A stretch of DNA of 64,000 bases from positions 7,564,001 to 7,628,000 of the forward strand of contig OX597833.1 in NCBI GenBank assembly GCA_951406725.2. Direction: 5' to 3'. A program made the translations under genes and the position numbers. This DNA is from Octopus vulgaris (taxonomy: Eukaryota). How positions within the stretch are numbered: position 1 is the stretch's first letter; the number at the start of each line of letters is the position of its first letter. The notes below the pieces were generated by a model that was not told where the DNA came from, searched no databases, and saw only the letters and a list, made by a program, of their open reading frames with translations. Positions 13,743-27,658 of this stretch are shown here, one piece after another.

Positions 13743-14335
13743 GAAGAAAGAAAATGGGAAGGGGAACATCAAGAAGGAATGAAAGAACGAAAAAGAGAAA
13801 TCTAATGAAAGAAAAATGAAAAGAAAGCAAAAGGAAAGAAAACAAAAGAGAAAGAAAACAAAAGATTCAGAAAAAAATGAAAAGAGAAACAAAAAGACGA
13901 ATAATAATAATAATAATAAATAATAATAATAATAATAACAATAATAACAACAACAACAATAATAATAATAATAATAATAATAATGATAATAATAATAAAT
14001 AATAAAAATAATAATAATTATTATTATTATCATTATTATTATTATTAAACATTATTATTATTATTGTTGTTGTTGTTATTATTATTATTATTGTTGTTAT
14101 TATTATAATATCCACAAGGTCCCAAAACATTGGAGGGAATATCAAGGAACGAACGAGTGGCGGTGAGGTGGGTGAGTTGTCGGAGGGGAAAGGCAGGGTA
14201 GGGAGTAGTGAGAGAGAGAGAGAGAGAGAGAGAGAGGATAGATAGAGAAGACATGAGGAAAAAAGAGAGGAGAGAGTGAGTGATAGTGTGAGTGGGAGAG
14301 TGGGAGGCAATGAGGAAGATAATAAGAGAAATAGG
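13120..14335. repeat. Two diverged direct copies of a ~190-bp purine-rich unit (13120-13310 and 14149-14335), separated by a polypurine tract and a (TAA)n/(TTA)n array
   Basis: Both copies contain gatagagaagacatgagga..aaagagaggagagagtgagtgatagtgtgagtg.gagagtggga..gaggaaga.aataagagaaat. Confidence 0.8.
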
Positions 14336-14339
14336 AGAT

Positions 14340-14530
14340 TGCGACACAGAATGTGACAAGTATGCCCCCCCCCCCAATGAATTACTGGTACAACTCATTT
14401 TTGCTCGGTGAGTGGACTGGAGCAACGAGGAATAAAGTGTCTTGCTCAAGGATACAACGCCGCCGGGAATCGAACTCACGATCTTACGATCCTGAGCCGA
14501 AGACCCTAACCACTTAGCCACGTGCCTTCA
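14340..14530 (-). mobile_element. SINE family B (tRNA head plus CORE-like gtgtccttgagcaagacacttt)
   Basis: Reverse complement ggcacgtggctaagtggttaggg..gtgagttcgattcccggc..tatccttgagcaagacactttattcctcgttgctccagtccactc; homologous to 44976-45275. Confidence 0.85.
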
Positions 14531-14884
14531 CATTCACTTGCAAACATATGATTAGATCGACACAATTCCTGTGTAATTGAAGGATTTCTGAAAACATTGT
14601 CCTCCAATGAGGTTTTCCACTTCTTTCATTAAGGCAACGGTTCTTCAGTTCGTGTTGCCGCCCGCTGCACATTTAGACAAACATTTTAAGCTTGTATATA
14701 GTCATATATTAGCGTATGTATATTTACATTAATATATGGTGTATATAAAGGTATCTGCATTGGAGCAAGGCATATTTATGTTTGTGTGTGTTTTACGATA
14801 GCACAAAGATTTTATATAGGTTAATACGATGGTGTATGTGTGTGTGTGTGTGTGCGTGTGTGTGTATGTGCGTGTATATATATG

Positions 14885-14940
<56 letters not shown>

Positions 14941-14944
<4 letters not shown>

Positions 14945-15001
14945 CACCTTGGGCAAGCCTTGTGAGTGGATTTGGTAGACGGAAACTGAAAGAAGCCCGT
15001 C

Positions 15002-15032
<31 letters not shown>

Positions 15033-15040
15033 ATATATAC

Positions 15041-15083
<43 letters not shown>

Positions 15084-15091
15084 ATATATAC

Positions 15092-15175
<84 letters not shown>

Positions 15176-15385
15176 GTATGTATGTATGTATGTGTGTGTG
15201 TGCATACGTTTGTGTGTCTGTGTTTGTCCCCCACCATCGCTTGACAACCGATGTTGCCGTTCGGCAAAAGACCGATACCATAAGTACTAGGCTTACTAAG
15301 AATAAGTCCTGGGACCAATTTGCTCGACTAAAGGCGGTGCTTCAGCATGGCCGCAGTCAAATGACTGAAACGAATAAACGAATAT
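14941..15385 (+). mobile_element. SINE family C, internally deleted, with an expanded central microsatellite
   Basis: Homology to 45582-46023 on both sides of ~200 bp of (TA)/(TACA)n. Confidence 0.88.
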
Positions 15386-15396
15386 ATGAATATGTT

Positions 15397-15458
<62 letters not shown>

Positions 15459-15575
15459 AATATATATATGTGTCTATATATAGTTGTGTATTTTACGTTA
15501 AAGCAAAAATATTTTTGGGTTATGTATATTTACACTAGTACATTATATATATGTGTGTGTATATATATATATATA

Positions 15576-15618
<43 letters not shown>

Positions 15619-16074
15619 CAGTATAGTGATATATATATATCTGTATGAATAATTACATAAACACAGTAATATTTATTAGTGCATGTTTATTTACATAAAT
15701 ACAACAGTATACGCAAGTGCATATATTTTATTTTAGTACAATGCTCTACATGTATGTATATTTAGGTTCGTACAAACTTTCTGTGTTTAAGTAACTGTAT
15801 ATTTACGTTACATGCATAGTATATGTATGTATATTTGCATTACTATACATGTATATATATACATATATATTTATATATGTATATATATATACATACATAT
15901 ATATATATGTATATAAATATATGTGTATATAGATATAAAAGCGGCATGTATATTTACGTTAGCATAAAGTTATACATAAGTTTGTATATTTTCACTTTTG
16001 TACAAATGTATAGACATAAGTGGTTTCTGACTGAGAGTGGAAGGCTCGAAACTTCAAGGGTTGCGACTTAGTGG

Positions 16075-16417
16075 ATGCCATCGATCCCAGAACTTGACTG
16101 GTATGTTACTTTATTGACTCTGGTGGGATGAAAAATTTATATTGACCTCGGCGGGATTTGAACACAGAATGTAAAGTTTTGTAAAACGGTTTTTTTTTCA
16201 ACGCCTCTAATAATTCTCGTACCTCATTATTATCATCATCATCATTATTATTTGCCTTTCATTCCAGTAGGGTCAATGTAATCAACCTGTCCCCTCTCAT
16301 CAAATTTACTGGCCTGGAACCCTGCAATGGACCGGCCTCTCATTCAAGGAAATATTATCTCGGTTGCTTATAACTTATGAAAACTGGTTAAGCGGCTTTA
16401 TGAGTCTTTGAGCTGAA

Positions 16418-16463
<46 letters not shown>

Positions 16464-16685
16464 TGAAGGCACATAGGTAGTGTTTAAGCAGTGGCACTCA
16501 CGATCGGTGCGTCGTGGTTTCAATTCTTTGACAGGACTTTGTGTTGCGTTCTTGCGCAAAGATGGTCCAATTTGTCCCTCACGATCAGGTAGGAATGTTG
16601 GCCCGCTCACTTATTAAAGCGATGCAATGCGCATTGTTATCAGCGATGTGTAACACCATCTGGTAATCTGGTCGGTCACGTGACC
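16075..16685. mobile_element. Cluster of degraded SINE fragments: family A minus (16075-16170), A-like plus with an alternative tail (16255-16400), B-like head with a different tail (16465-16685)
   Basis: Recognisable gacctcggcgggatttgaac, ggtcaatgtaatcaac, aaccctgcaatggaccggc and ctcacgatcgg..gtggtttcaattc motifs. Confidence 0.6.
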
Positions 16686-16900
16686 TATATATATATGCGT
16701 GTGTGTGTGTGTGTGTGTGTTTACATATATATATATCTATGGAAGTGTGATGTGTTTATATTAATATTTACTGTTTTGTGTGCGTATGTGTATGTCTGTG
16801 TCCGAGTTTGCCTGTGTGTATATATGTAGATATGCATTGAATAATCATTGCAGGCGTGTTGTGCGAATGCATATCTATATATGTGTATTTGTTTATGTGT

Positions 16901-16932
<32 letters not shown>

Positions 16933-16951
16933 ACATACACACACACACACA

Positions 16952-16998
<47 letters not shown>

Positions 16999-17013
16999 AC
17001 ACATACACACACA

Positions 17014-17080
<67 letters not shown>

Positions 17081-18129
17081 ACACACACACACAAACACTC
17101 ACACACATCTGTGTACAATGCAAAGGGCCACTTGCTGTAGGTACCCCTCCGATATGACACAAACGAAGTGGGTGGGATGATGGCTGTACAACTCAGGGGG
17201 CGAACCCCTTCTGTCATCTCCTTGTCTCTTACTTTCTGAGAGACCGGCAAATATCGCACATCTTCAACGTCAGCGAAACCACCCTGCCAAAGAAACCACC
17301 CCTAATACCTTGTCTTTCACAGCTAACCAGCCACCGCTTCCACCTCACTCCACCCTATCCTTGCAGTGTCTTCTGTGTGTGATGATGAGATGAGATCGGA
17401 GGGGCGGGGTACTCTTAAATGTGTGCGTGTGTGTGTGTGTAAGTGTGTGTGTGCGTGTGTGTGTGTAAGTGTGCGTGTGTGTGTGTGTGTGTGTGTGACT
17501 CGAGTTCGTTGTGTTTCAATTTTCTTTGTTGTTGTTGTTGTTGTTGATTCCAATTTCTTCAGATTTCTGACCAAAGACGTTCTTTGTCCTTGCCTAAAGG
17601 AATCGCAGAGAAGAGGAAGGGAAAGGTAGAGAGAAAGGCGGGTGAAAGATAGAAGGAAAGGGAGTGGGGGACGAGTAAGAGAGAGAGAGAGAGAGAGAGA
17701 GGAGCGTAGGAATGAGAGACACTGAAGGAAATGGTCAGTCGTAATGTTTATGGAACCAACCAACAAAAAAAGGAGCAAAGAAGGGAGCATTTCAAAGGGA
17801 TTCAATGAACTGGGAGGGGGAAATTACCGACAAACTAATTACTTTGTATCACTTAATTGAGGAAGAGAGAAAGAGAGAGGAGGGAGGGAGGGAGGTTTAA
17901 AGTTGTAGGTGTGGGTGTGGGTGTGGGTACAGTTGATGGTTCAGTCGGGTGAATTCTTGTGCTGTGAATTTAACCTGGTGTATATTTTTATCTTCTGGTT
18001 GCATCGGTTTTCATAATAACAACAACAATAACAAGAATGATGATGATGATGACGATGATGATGATGATTATGGTGATGATGATGATGATGAGGAGGAGGA
18101 TGATTTCTTTTATTATGTGTGTGTGTGTG

Positions 18130-18325
18130 TGAAGGGGCGTGGTTTAGTGGTTAAGGTATTGCACTCACGATTGTTTAGACCGTGTGGCGCGTTCTGTTCT
18201 TGAGCAAAGCACTTCATTTCGCATTGCCCACCGAGTGGCAGAGTGGCCAAATCGTTGGTGCGTCGGCAGAAATGCTTCGCGATATATCTTCCGGCTCTCT
18301 ACATTCTGAGTTCAAATCCCATGCC
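18130..18325 (+). mobile_element. Truncated family B head followed by a truncated family A head
   Basis: ggcgtggtttagtggttaagg..ttcttgagcaaagcacttcatttc, then gagtggcagagtgg..cattctgagttcaaatcc. Confidence 0.65.
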
Positions 18326-18579
18326 ACGGAATACCACTCCAGTAACCATTCCAAGTTTCGTCATGGATAGCTGTAGTTCCAGTAACCCACATAATGGCGA
18401 CAGTGATGGGTACAGACCCCAAACCCAGATCGTATTGTGAATGCTGGACAAGGCTCAAATGCACAGGGCCTGCCCAAGGACGGACCACCACAAGACAAGG
18501 CATATATACGCACAGAGAGGAAATGCAGCATTTGGGAATAAGTACAAGCTAGCATCAACAGTAGCTAGAACAACAACAA

Positions 18580-18630
<51 letters not shown>

Positions 18631-18934
18631 ATGAATTTGAAATGAACATGAAATGTAATTTATGTTGTGTGTGTGACATGACATCAACCCACCCCCTTCC
18701 CTTGGCACCTGGAGAAGAGAGAAACGTGCCAACACACACACACGCACACACACACACTAATCACACACACACACACACTAATCACACACACACACACACA
18801 CACTAATCACACACACACACACACACACACTAATCACACAGCACGAATTATTAAGTAAAAATACAAGATGGGGACGGAAAAATATAAATACAGTTGAATG
18901 TAGTAACAGTGAACAGTTTAAAGTCGCTGTTGTT

Positions 18935-19290
<356 letters not shown>

Positions 19291-19510
19291 CTTAGTATTT
19301 GCAACTGAAGCAAATGATGGTTGTAGTTGTGGGTGGCGGAGAGGGTCGTGGTGGGTGTTGGGGGTTAACGTTTCTTGAGGCTCCTTACAGTGGGATCGAA
19401 ACCAGACGCACTTGATTCCAACACGAAATTCTTAACTACTCTGTTATACGTGCTTTCATACACGAATACTGAACACAAAGCTACACACATTTACAAATAT
19501 ATAAGCTCGT

Positions 19511-19605
<95 letters not shown>

Positions 19606-20347
19606 TACATACTGAAGTACAGCAGGATGGATTTGACTATCATGGTGGAAACAAGCTAAAGAAATAAAAATCACAATAATTCCTGTATACAAACATATAA
19701 TTCTATCGATCGATCGATCTATAGATATATAGATAGATAGATAGATATACACACACACACACACACACATGCTTTCTTAAACACACAAACACGCGTATTA
19801 TATATACATGTGTGCGCGTGTGTATATGTGTGTGTGGTGTATAAGTTTATATATATACACACACAAACGTACATATATAGACCCACATGTATATACATAT
19901 ATATATATATACACATACATATAGACATACACACACACACACACACATACACACACATATATATATATATACACTCACACACACACAGACACACATTCTC
20001 ATTTCCCCATACATATACATGCACAGCTATAACGAAATGAATCAGCGAAATAAGACGATAAACTCACCTCCCGCCCGCCCTCCCCCTCCACCACAAATTT
20101 TACTTCCTCTGAAATGATTTTAAAATGGCACGTTACGAGTTGCTTGTTTTGTGGTGTGGTATGGATGCTGTGGCGGTGTAGTGTGGGTTGTGGTCGTGTT
20201 AGTGGTGCTGGTGGTGGAGGTAGCGGTAGCGGTTTGGTGTGGTGTAGGTGAGAGGTATTGGTGTTGGTGCTGTGGTACTTGGAAAAATATGGATGCTTCT
20301 GTACGAACGTACGTATATATGTATGTGTGAGTATTTGTGGGTGTATA

Positions 20348-20395
<48 letters not shown>

Positions 20396-20422
20396 GCATA
20401 TAGATATGCATATATATATATA

Positions 20423-20467
<45 letters not shown>

Positions 20468-21249
20468 GCATAGATACATGTGTATATACATACATATATA
20501 TAAACATACATGTTATACATGTGCATTAATGTGATGAGATGGGTTGAGGTGTGCAAGACATATTTCTAAATTACTGTAAGTCACGAGGGATAGTCAGTTT
20601 TGGGCTGTCGGTGTGATACAAACAGAAACCCCCATGTCAGATATATCCGGTTGATTAGCAGACGTTACATTTGTTCCCCAGAGGATCAACCGTCAGAAGC
20701 ATAAGCTATGTTATCGCTAATGTCACGTGCTCACACACTGCATTGCCCTCTGTGCGGGGGTATGCGTCTGGGTATGTGTACGAGTATGTCTTTACAAAAT
20801 GTAAATGCCTGGATAATGCCTCAGTGGAATATGCATGAAAATTTCAAATCCCAGATAGAGGACTCTATAGAGATGACGGCCTTGCAAACTCACAACGCAC
20901 TGGCGACCGTACATAAGACATAAGAAGTATCTAATTTGCACTTTGAAAGTCTTCGATCTTAATATCATTGCTATCACTAATTAATACGGGGCTGTTAACT
21001 TCTTAGACATAAGATTAGACCAAGATAACTCTAAAGAAAATCAAATGAGAAACACGTGTACGAAACATTCTAACCATCCTCGTCGTATATTTAAAGAATT
21101 GATAGCAATATAAGTACAATGATGTGTATCGTCAATACAAGTACAATGATATGCTGTATATCATCAGGTAATCAGGAAATCTACCGCCAAGCTGCCAGAA
21201 TTTACAATAATACTTTAGGCTGGTGTGTATGTGTGTGTGCTTGCATAAA

Positions 21250-21307
<58 letters not shown>

Positions 21308-21308
21308 C

Positions 21309-21383
<75 letters not shown>

Positions 21384-21794
21384 CATCTATCTATTTATCT
21401 ATCTATTTCTATATATCTCTCTCTCTCGCTCTCGCTCTCTCCACACACACACAGATACACACAATAATTTTATATATAAATATTTATATATATATATGCA
21501 TATATATACATACAAACACACATATGCATATATGCGTGCAAGTGCGTATATATATATGCAAATATACACCCATCTCTCTCTCTCTCTTTCTCTCGACGCA
21601 CAAAAATGTATATATAATACACACACACACACACACGAACATACATGTATATACCTACATAAATTCATAATATAATTATTCTCTCTCTCTCACACACACA
21701 TACAGACACACACACACGATTCAGCGATGCAGGTGAAACCTAAACAAATGAGTATCTGCATTATCTCTCTCTCTCTCTCTCCCTCTCTCTCTTT

Positions 21795-21828
<34 letters not shown>

Positions 21829-22183
21829 TTCTTTCTCCACATTAACGAGCAGAATGAATCTCCCGGGGTGCAGAAAGAAGAGATGATGCGGCTGTGAACG
21901 GGTGGCGAGGGCTTGTCCCTCCCTTTAATTTAGCCCCTTAGAGAGCAGTCAGACTGAGCCCCCATGACTTCCACCTACCCCCCCTCGCCCGTAACTTGTC
22001 AAAGAGGAACTTGATCAGCTTCTCGAACGTTCTCTAAACATTTGTGAAATCTTTATCAAATGAGCAACTGGTGGATGCATATACATATATACATATATAC
22101 ATAATATATATATATATATATACACTCATGTGTGTATCAGAAAATATTCTTGAATTTGATGGAAATATAGCGGTACGTAAGCC

Positions 22184-22250
22184 GACTCTTTATTGATGCA
22201 CCTGAAGAGGCCTAGAAAGGGTCGAAACATGTGTTGCACCCAATAAAGTC
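22184..22250 (+). ncRNA. Type I hammerhead ribozyme-like motif (slightly degenerate)
   Basis: cuuuauug.ugcac-CUGAAGA-ggccu[agaaa]ggguc-GAAAC-AUGU-guugca.cc.caauaaag. Core boxes, helix II, palindromic ACAUGU and a long helix I are present, but the register at the cleavage site is imperfect. Confidence 0.6.
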
Positions 22251-22588
22251 TATTACACATTCCATCTCCTATTTTATTAATACTATATATATATACATAT
22301 ACATACTCTTTATCTTATATTAAACTTTTAATACTTTTTGATAGTTTAAAATAAAAAAATAGATAAATAAAATAATAATAAAAAATATATATATATATAT
22401 TTAAAATTTATAAGTTTAATTTATTAATTTAAATAATTTTTAAAATTTTAACTTGAATTAAAATATTTTAATTGGATTTTTATATTTTATATTTTATATT
22501 TTTTATATTTTTTAATTAATTTTATTTCTATGTATTGGTTTATGATTTTCACTGTTTGATTTGCCTAATAGTGGTATTATCTCTAATT

Positions 22589-22623
<35 letters not shown>

Positions 22624-22644
22624 GTACGTAAGTATGTATGTATG

Positions 22645-22678
<34 letters not shown>

Positions 22679-23380
22679 TATGTATATACATATATACATA
22701 TATATGTGTGTGTGTGTGTGTGTGTATGTTTTAGAAAACTTGTAAATGTGACACGAAATCATGAAAATCCAGTTGTTCTATGCATTTCATGTATTGGCGC
22801 AAAAAGAGGTAGCAGAGTCACTTGACGGACCGTTTCACGATTTGTTTACTACTCCTCAAGTAAGATGGGGTCCTATTATGGTGACATGAATTTATGTGTC
22901 CGTGAACTAAATAAGGTGGAAAAGATGTTCCTCAAATATACAACATAAAGATATTTTCTGAATTAGGGTATATAGCAAGATAGAACGCAACAATACTGGG
23001 TATGTTTATTTACACACACACATATATACACACACACACACACACATACACACACACGTATATATGTATGGTTGTATATGTCTATATATGTTTGCGTAAT
23101 AATGTATTTTATGTATGTATATACTATGTATACAGGTATGTATATATGTATGCTTATGTGTGTGTAATGTTATTTCTTTATACATTACAGGCGATCTCGT
23201 GGTGGCAGATTAGACATTAGTGTATATAATCAGAGACATGAATAATTTTATCTCAGACCTTTTTACTAGACTTAATTACACTAAAACTATATAAGTGTGT
23301 GAACGTGTATGCGTATACACACACACATACATACATACATACATACATACATACATACATACATACATACATACATGTAC

Positions 23381-23443
<63 letters not shown>

Positions 23444-23574
23444 TACACACACATATATACCATGCATATATATGAATATGTGTATCAATATATATGTGTA
23501 TAAAATATTTATATATAAAATGTATATATATATTTGTATATGTATATACGTGTATGCGTGTGCGTGCATATGCC

Positions 23575-23618
<44 letters not shown>

Positions 23619-23634
23619 AGTATGTATGAATATG

Positions 23635-23686
<52 letters not shown>

Positions 23687-23790
23687 CATACATAATACAT
23701 ACATACATACATATTCATAATATACTTATGCATATACGTATACGAACATGTATGTCAAATACATATATATGTTCGTATAAGCATGTATGC

Positions 23791-23824
<34 letters not shown>

Positions 23825-24480
23825 GTAGACATACATAATTATTCATCATAATTCTGTTTTTGTTTTGATAACCAAAAGAACTCCTTAAAACCCCAAATGA
23901 ATTCCGTTTGCCACCAAATAAAGAAGACATCACTCGACACGCGTCTTAGAATTTCATATTCGACATCTTATACTGGGATATTCCACAAATAACATGGAGA
24001 CAGTCAGACGTGGGGGGTGCTGTTGCCGGTGGTGGTGGTGGTGGTGGCGGCGGCGGCGGTTGTGGATGTGGCGGCGGTGGTGGTGGTGGTGGTGGAAGTG
24101 TTGGTGATCCGGTCGTCATTGTTTTGACGGTGCTGATGAAAGCGATGTGGATGGTGGTCATCGTCGTAGTTGCAGAGATAATAGTGGTCATGGTAGTAGT
24201 GATGATGCTGGTCGCCGTCGTCGTCGTATCATAGTAGTTATCGTGGTAGTGGTGGCGTTGTTGGTGCCGGCGCTGATGGCTTTCATAATGACATTCTTTG
24301 CGCGCGCTTAGCTGCGGTCCGCAAAGAATCGTGCAAATATTGTCACACATAATAAAAAATGATCAAAACCGAAATTATCCAAAGACCAAATGCGAATAAT
24401 TCTCCCGACTTACACTATGTGAGATGCATTGATGTCTTGAACCTTGGTCTCTATTTTTGCTTTAAAATGTCCTTTGTTGT

Positions 24481-24880
24481 TAAGGTGGCGAGATGAAAGA
24501 ATCATCCGCCTTCGTATTCTGAGTTCAAATGCCGCCGAGATCGACTCTGCCTTTTCGGAGTTCGATAAAATAAGTACCAGACCAGCTCTGGAGTCGATGT
24601 AATTGGTTTAACCCCCGTCCCCCGAAACTAAGGACCCTGTTCCGAATTTGAAACCGAGATTACGTTGTTGTAAGGCAGCCAGCAGGCAGAATCGTTGGTA
24701 CCCCGGACAAAATGTTTAACTGCATTTCTTCCGACTATACGTTGTGGGTTCAAATCCCGCTGAGTCAACTTTGCCTTTCATAATTTTATCATTTTGGGGG
24801 TCGGTAATATAAGTGCCAGGGGTCAATGTAATCGACTTACCAGAAATGGCTGACCCCGTGTCAAAATTTGTAACTAATAT
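24481..24880 (+). mobile_element. Two adjacent diverged family A SINEs (24481-24660 and 24672-24880)
   Basis: Each has a head, ttctgagttcaaat/gggttcaaatcc, a Meta-like core and gtc(g/a)atgtaat. Confidence 0.75.
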
Positions 24881-24936
24881 CTCTTCCCGTGTTCTTTTCA
24901 TTTCTCTGTTGAAACCTTATGTATGATTGTAATACC

Positions 24937-25352
24937 TATTTCTTTATTGCCCACAAGGGGCTAAACACAGAGGGGATAAACAAGGACAGACAAAGGGATT
25001 AAATCGATTACACCGACCCTAGGGCGAAACTGGTACTTTATTTATCGACCCCGACAGGATGAAAGACAAAGTCGACCTAAGCGAAATTTGAACTCAGAAC
25101 GTAACGACAGACAAAATACCTATTTCTTTATTACCCACAAGGGGCTGAACACAGAGGAGATAAACAAGGACAGACAAAGGGATTAAGTCGATTATATCGA
25201 CCCCAGTGCGAAATTGGTACTTAACTTATCGACCCCGAAAGGATGAAAGGCAAAGTCGACCTCGGCGGAATTTTAACTCAGAACGTAACGGCAGACGAAA
25301 TACTGCTGAGCATTTCGCCTGGCCTGCTAACCATTCTGCCAGCTCACCGCCT
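24937..25352 (-). mobile_element. SINE family A tandem dimer with a 17-bp TSD
   Basis: Full head at 25352 and two cores/tails. TSD tgtatgattgtaatacc at 24920-24936 and 25353-25369. Confidence 0.93.
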
Positions 25353-25787
25353 TGTATGATTGTAATACCGTCAACTAAAATTATTTCTATCAAATTCTAT
25401 TTCACGTTTTATTAGCGTCTAATTTCAATATTAATTGTTCCTAATTACATGTACAGTATTAATTATAATACTATATTATAATGATTCCGGGTGTCAACCG
25501 ACGAGAGTCATCTAATTGTGAGTCCGATGTCACAGATTGACTCCTGGTCTTTACAACATTTCCGTTTGTATTCTAATCTCTCTATATTACCTTAGTTGTC
25601 TAAAGAATGTCCTGTGGTCTGCTAATCAATAGTTTCGAGTCGACAGTAATTCTCATTCTGCTGATTTTGTGTAAAATATGCATGTGTTGCTGAATAGAGA
25701 ATGCCTTAAAGAAACGGCGAGTCTTTCGATAATGTAATGTTGTAACCAGGTACGGCTTCCATATTTATGTTCATTTGTACATAAACA

Positions 25788-26180
25788 TCTTTATATATAA
25801 AAGAGAGGTTGTGTGCTGTCTGTCTCCTACGATTTAGATTCCTAACTACTCCCACATTTTGCGGTGCAGTTTAATCAAAACCGGGTATCTTATAGTCGTG
25901 ATTCATATCGAACCCTTCTGGGTATTAGCGCGCGTCTACGATGAGTCTACGATTTAAAAGAAAAATTACCATCAATTTTTCCCATTTTTAATGCATTTTT
26001 GGCATATATAAGGGAAGTAACTCTCTAAAAATTTATTAAATCTCAGAACGTAAAAAGCTACAGTAACACCCCCCCTTTGTGGTTAGCCATATTGAGATGG
26101 CTATTATACTTTACATCTCTAAAAATGCTTATATAGTTATTTCCCTTACAAACCCGAGCAACGCCGGGCGATACTGCTAG
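25788..26180 (+). mobile_element. Non-autonomous Helitron
   Basis: 5' TC(tttatatataaaag) follows an A. Subterminal hairpin cccg..cggg and 3' CTAG followed by T. No TSD. Confidence 0.85.
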
Positions 26181-26364
26181 TATATATATATATATATGCT
26201 CGTGTGTGTGTGTGTGTTTATAATACCTAGTGTTCTAAATATTCTTATTGGTCCCGTTATTTACATCCGTCACCCACATCCTGTCGATTTCAATTTTAAA
26301 ATCCGTGAATCGGCTACTTCCCCTCCGCCTACTTACGAGCAAAGATTTGCTCAGAAGACAATAA

Positions 26365-26539
26365 GTTTCTTCTTCTTCTTTCTTCTTCTTTCTTCTTCTT
26401 CTTCTTCTTCTTCTTCTTCTTCTTCTTCTTCTTCTTCTTCTTCTTCTTCTTCTTCTTCTTCTTCTTCTTCTTTTTCTTCTTTTTCTCCTTCTTCTTCTTT
26501 TTCTTCTTTTTCTTCTTCTTCTCCTTCTTCTTTTTCTCC

Positions 26540-26618
<79 letters not shown>
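26365..26618. repeat. (CTT)n followed by (TTA)n
   Basis: Directly visible. Confidence 0.97.
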
Positions 26619-27129
26619 CGGACCTATTTCTTAAATGAGAGGGTTCATATAATTTTGTCTGAAACTGAGACCATTGTTTTGGTTCGTATTTTTGTCGATA
26701 GAGGGCGTTGGTTGACTGGATGTTTGCTTTGGCGTGGAGCAGTAACCAAGACTACCACCTTTGTTATATGAGGGTGGGGTGCAGAGTAGGTACGGTGAAG
26801 GGAGTGTGGGGGGTGTAGGTGGAGGATTCTACAGTAGTGGGCATTTTGGTGTGGAAGGGTGTAGTGTGAGGTGGCTATTGGCGTAATGGGTGTGTTTGTG
26901 GCGGGGTTGCTGGCGTGGTGGGTGTGGTGGTGTGGCGGGGGCGGTGGGGGTGGCATTCGTTTGAGATAGAAAGAAGAGATAGACTAAAAATGGTGTGTAA
27001 ATGAAGGGGGAAATTGTGGCAGCAGAGATATTGGGAGAGGGGGCAGTGGTGTTCACAATGGGTTCTTTCCATTAACTAGAATCTAATGCAACCTCCATTC
27101 AGCTTTTCCCTACCATAATCTAGAACCCA

Positions 27130-27517
27130 CCACCAGCACCTTCCAACCACTATCAACCTCCATCTACCTCCATCAGCCTCCACCAACGCCTACCACTCTC
27201 CTCCAAGTGTAACTAACATCATCCACCAACGTCTAACAGCATCTACCATCCTCCACTGACCTCTAACGGCCTCCGTCATCTTCCAGCAGTCTCCGCTAAC
27301 ATCCAACTGAATCCTCCAGCAACTGCCATCTCCGTCAACCTCCAACTGGATCCGCTAGCAACTGCCATCTCCGTCAACCTCCAACTGGATCCTCCAGCAA
27401 CTGCCATCTCCGTCAACCTCCACCAACCGCCATCAGCATTCACCAACCTCCACCAACCTCCACCAACCTCCACCAACCTCCACCAACCTCCATCACCATT
27501 CACCAACCTCCACCAAT
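27130..27517. repeat. Minisatellite: degenerate 10-mer caccaacctc with three 39-bp higher-order units (27302-27420)
   Basis: tccaactg(a/g)atcc(t/g)c(c/t)agcaactgccatctccgtcaacc starts at 27302, 27341 and 27380; (caccaacctc)n lies downstream. Confidence 0.9.
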
Positions 27518-27529
27518 CACTATCCGCTC

Positions 27530-27658
27530 TTGATATCTATTTAATCGTCTCAGAGAAACATTCTGGAAGTAATTTTCAAAATCTTTCAGTGGTGGTGCCC
27601 CAGCATGGCCGCGGCCTTCGGGCTAAAACATTTTTAAGGATTTAAGGATTTTAAGGAT
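27530..27658 (+). mobile_element. 3' tail fragment of a CR1-related LINE
   Basis: ggtggtgccccagcatggccgcggccttcgggctaaaaca followed by (tttaagga)n; homologous to the tails at 3278-3335 and of SINE C. Confidence 0.6.

Noticed and set aside
27302-27420. 39-bp repeats as a possible CRISPR array
   Set aside because: Contiguous tandem units without unique spacers, in a eukaryotic context with no cas genes.
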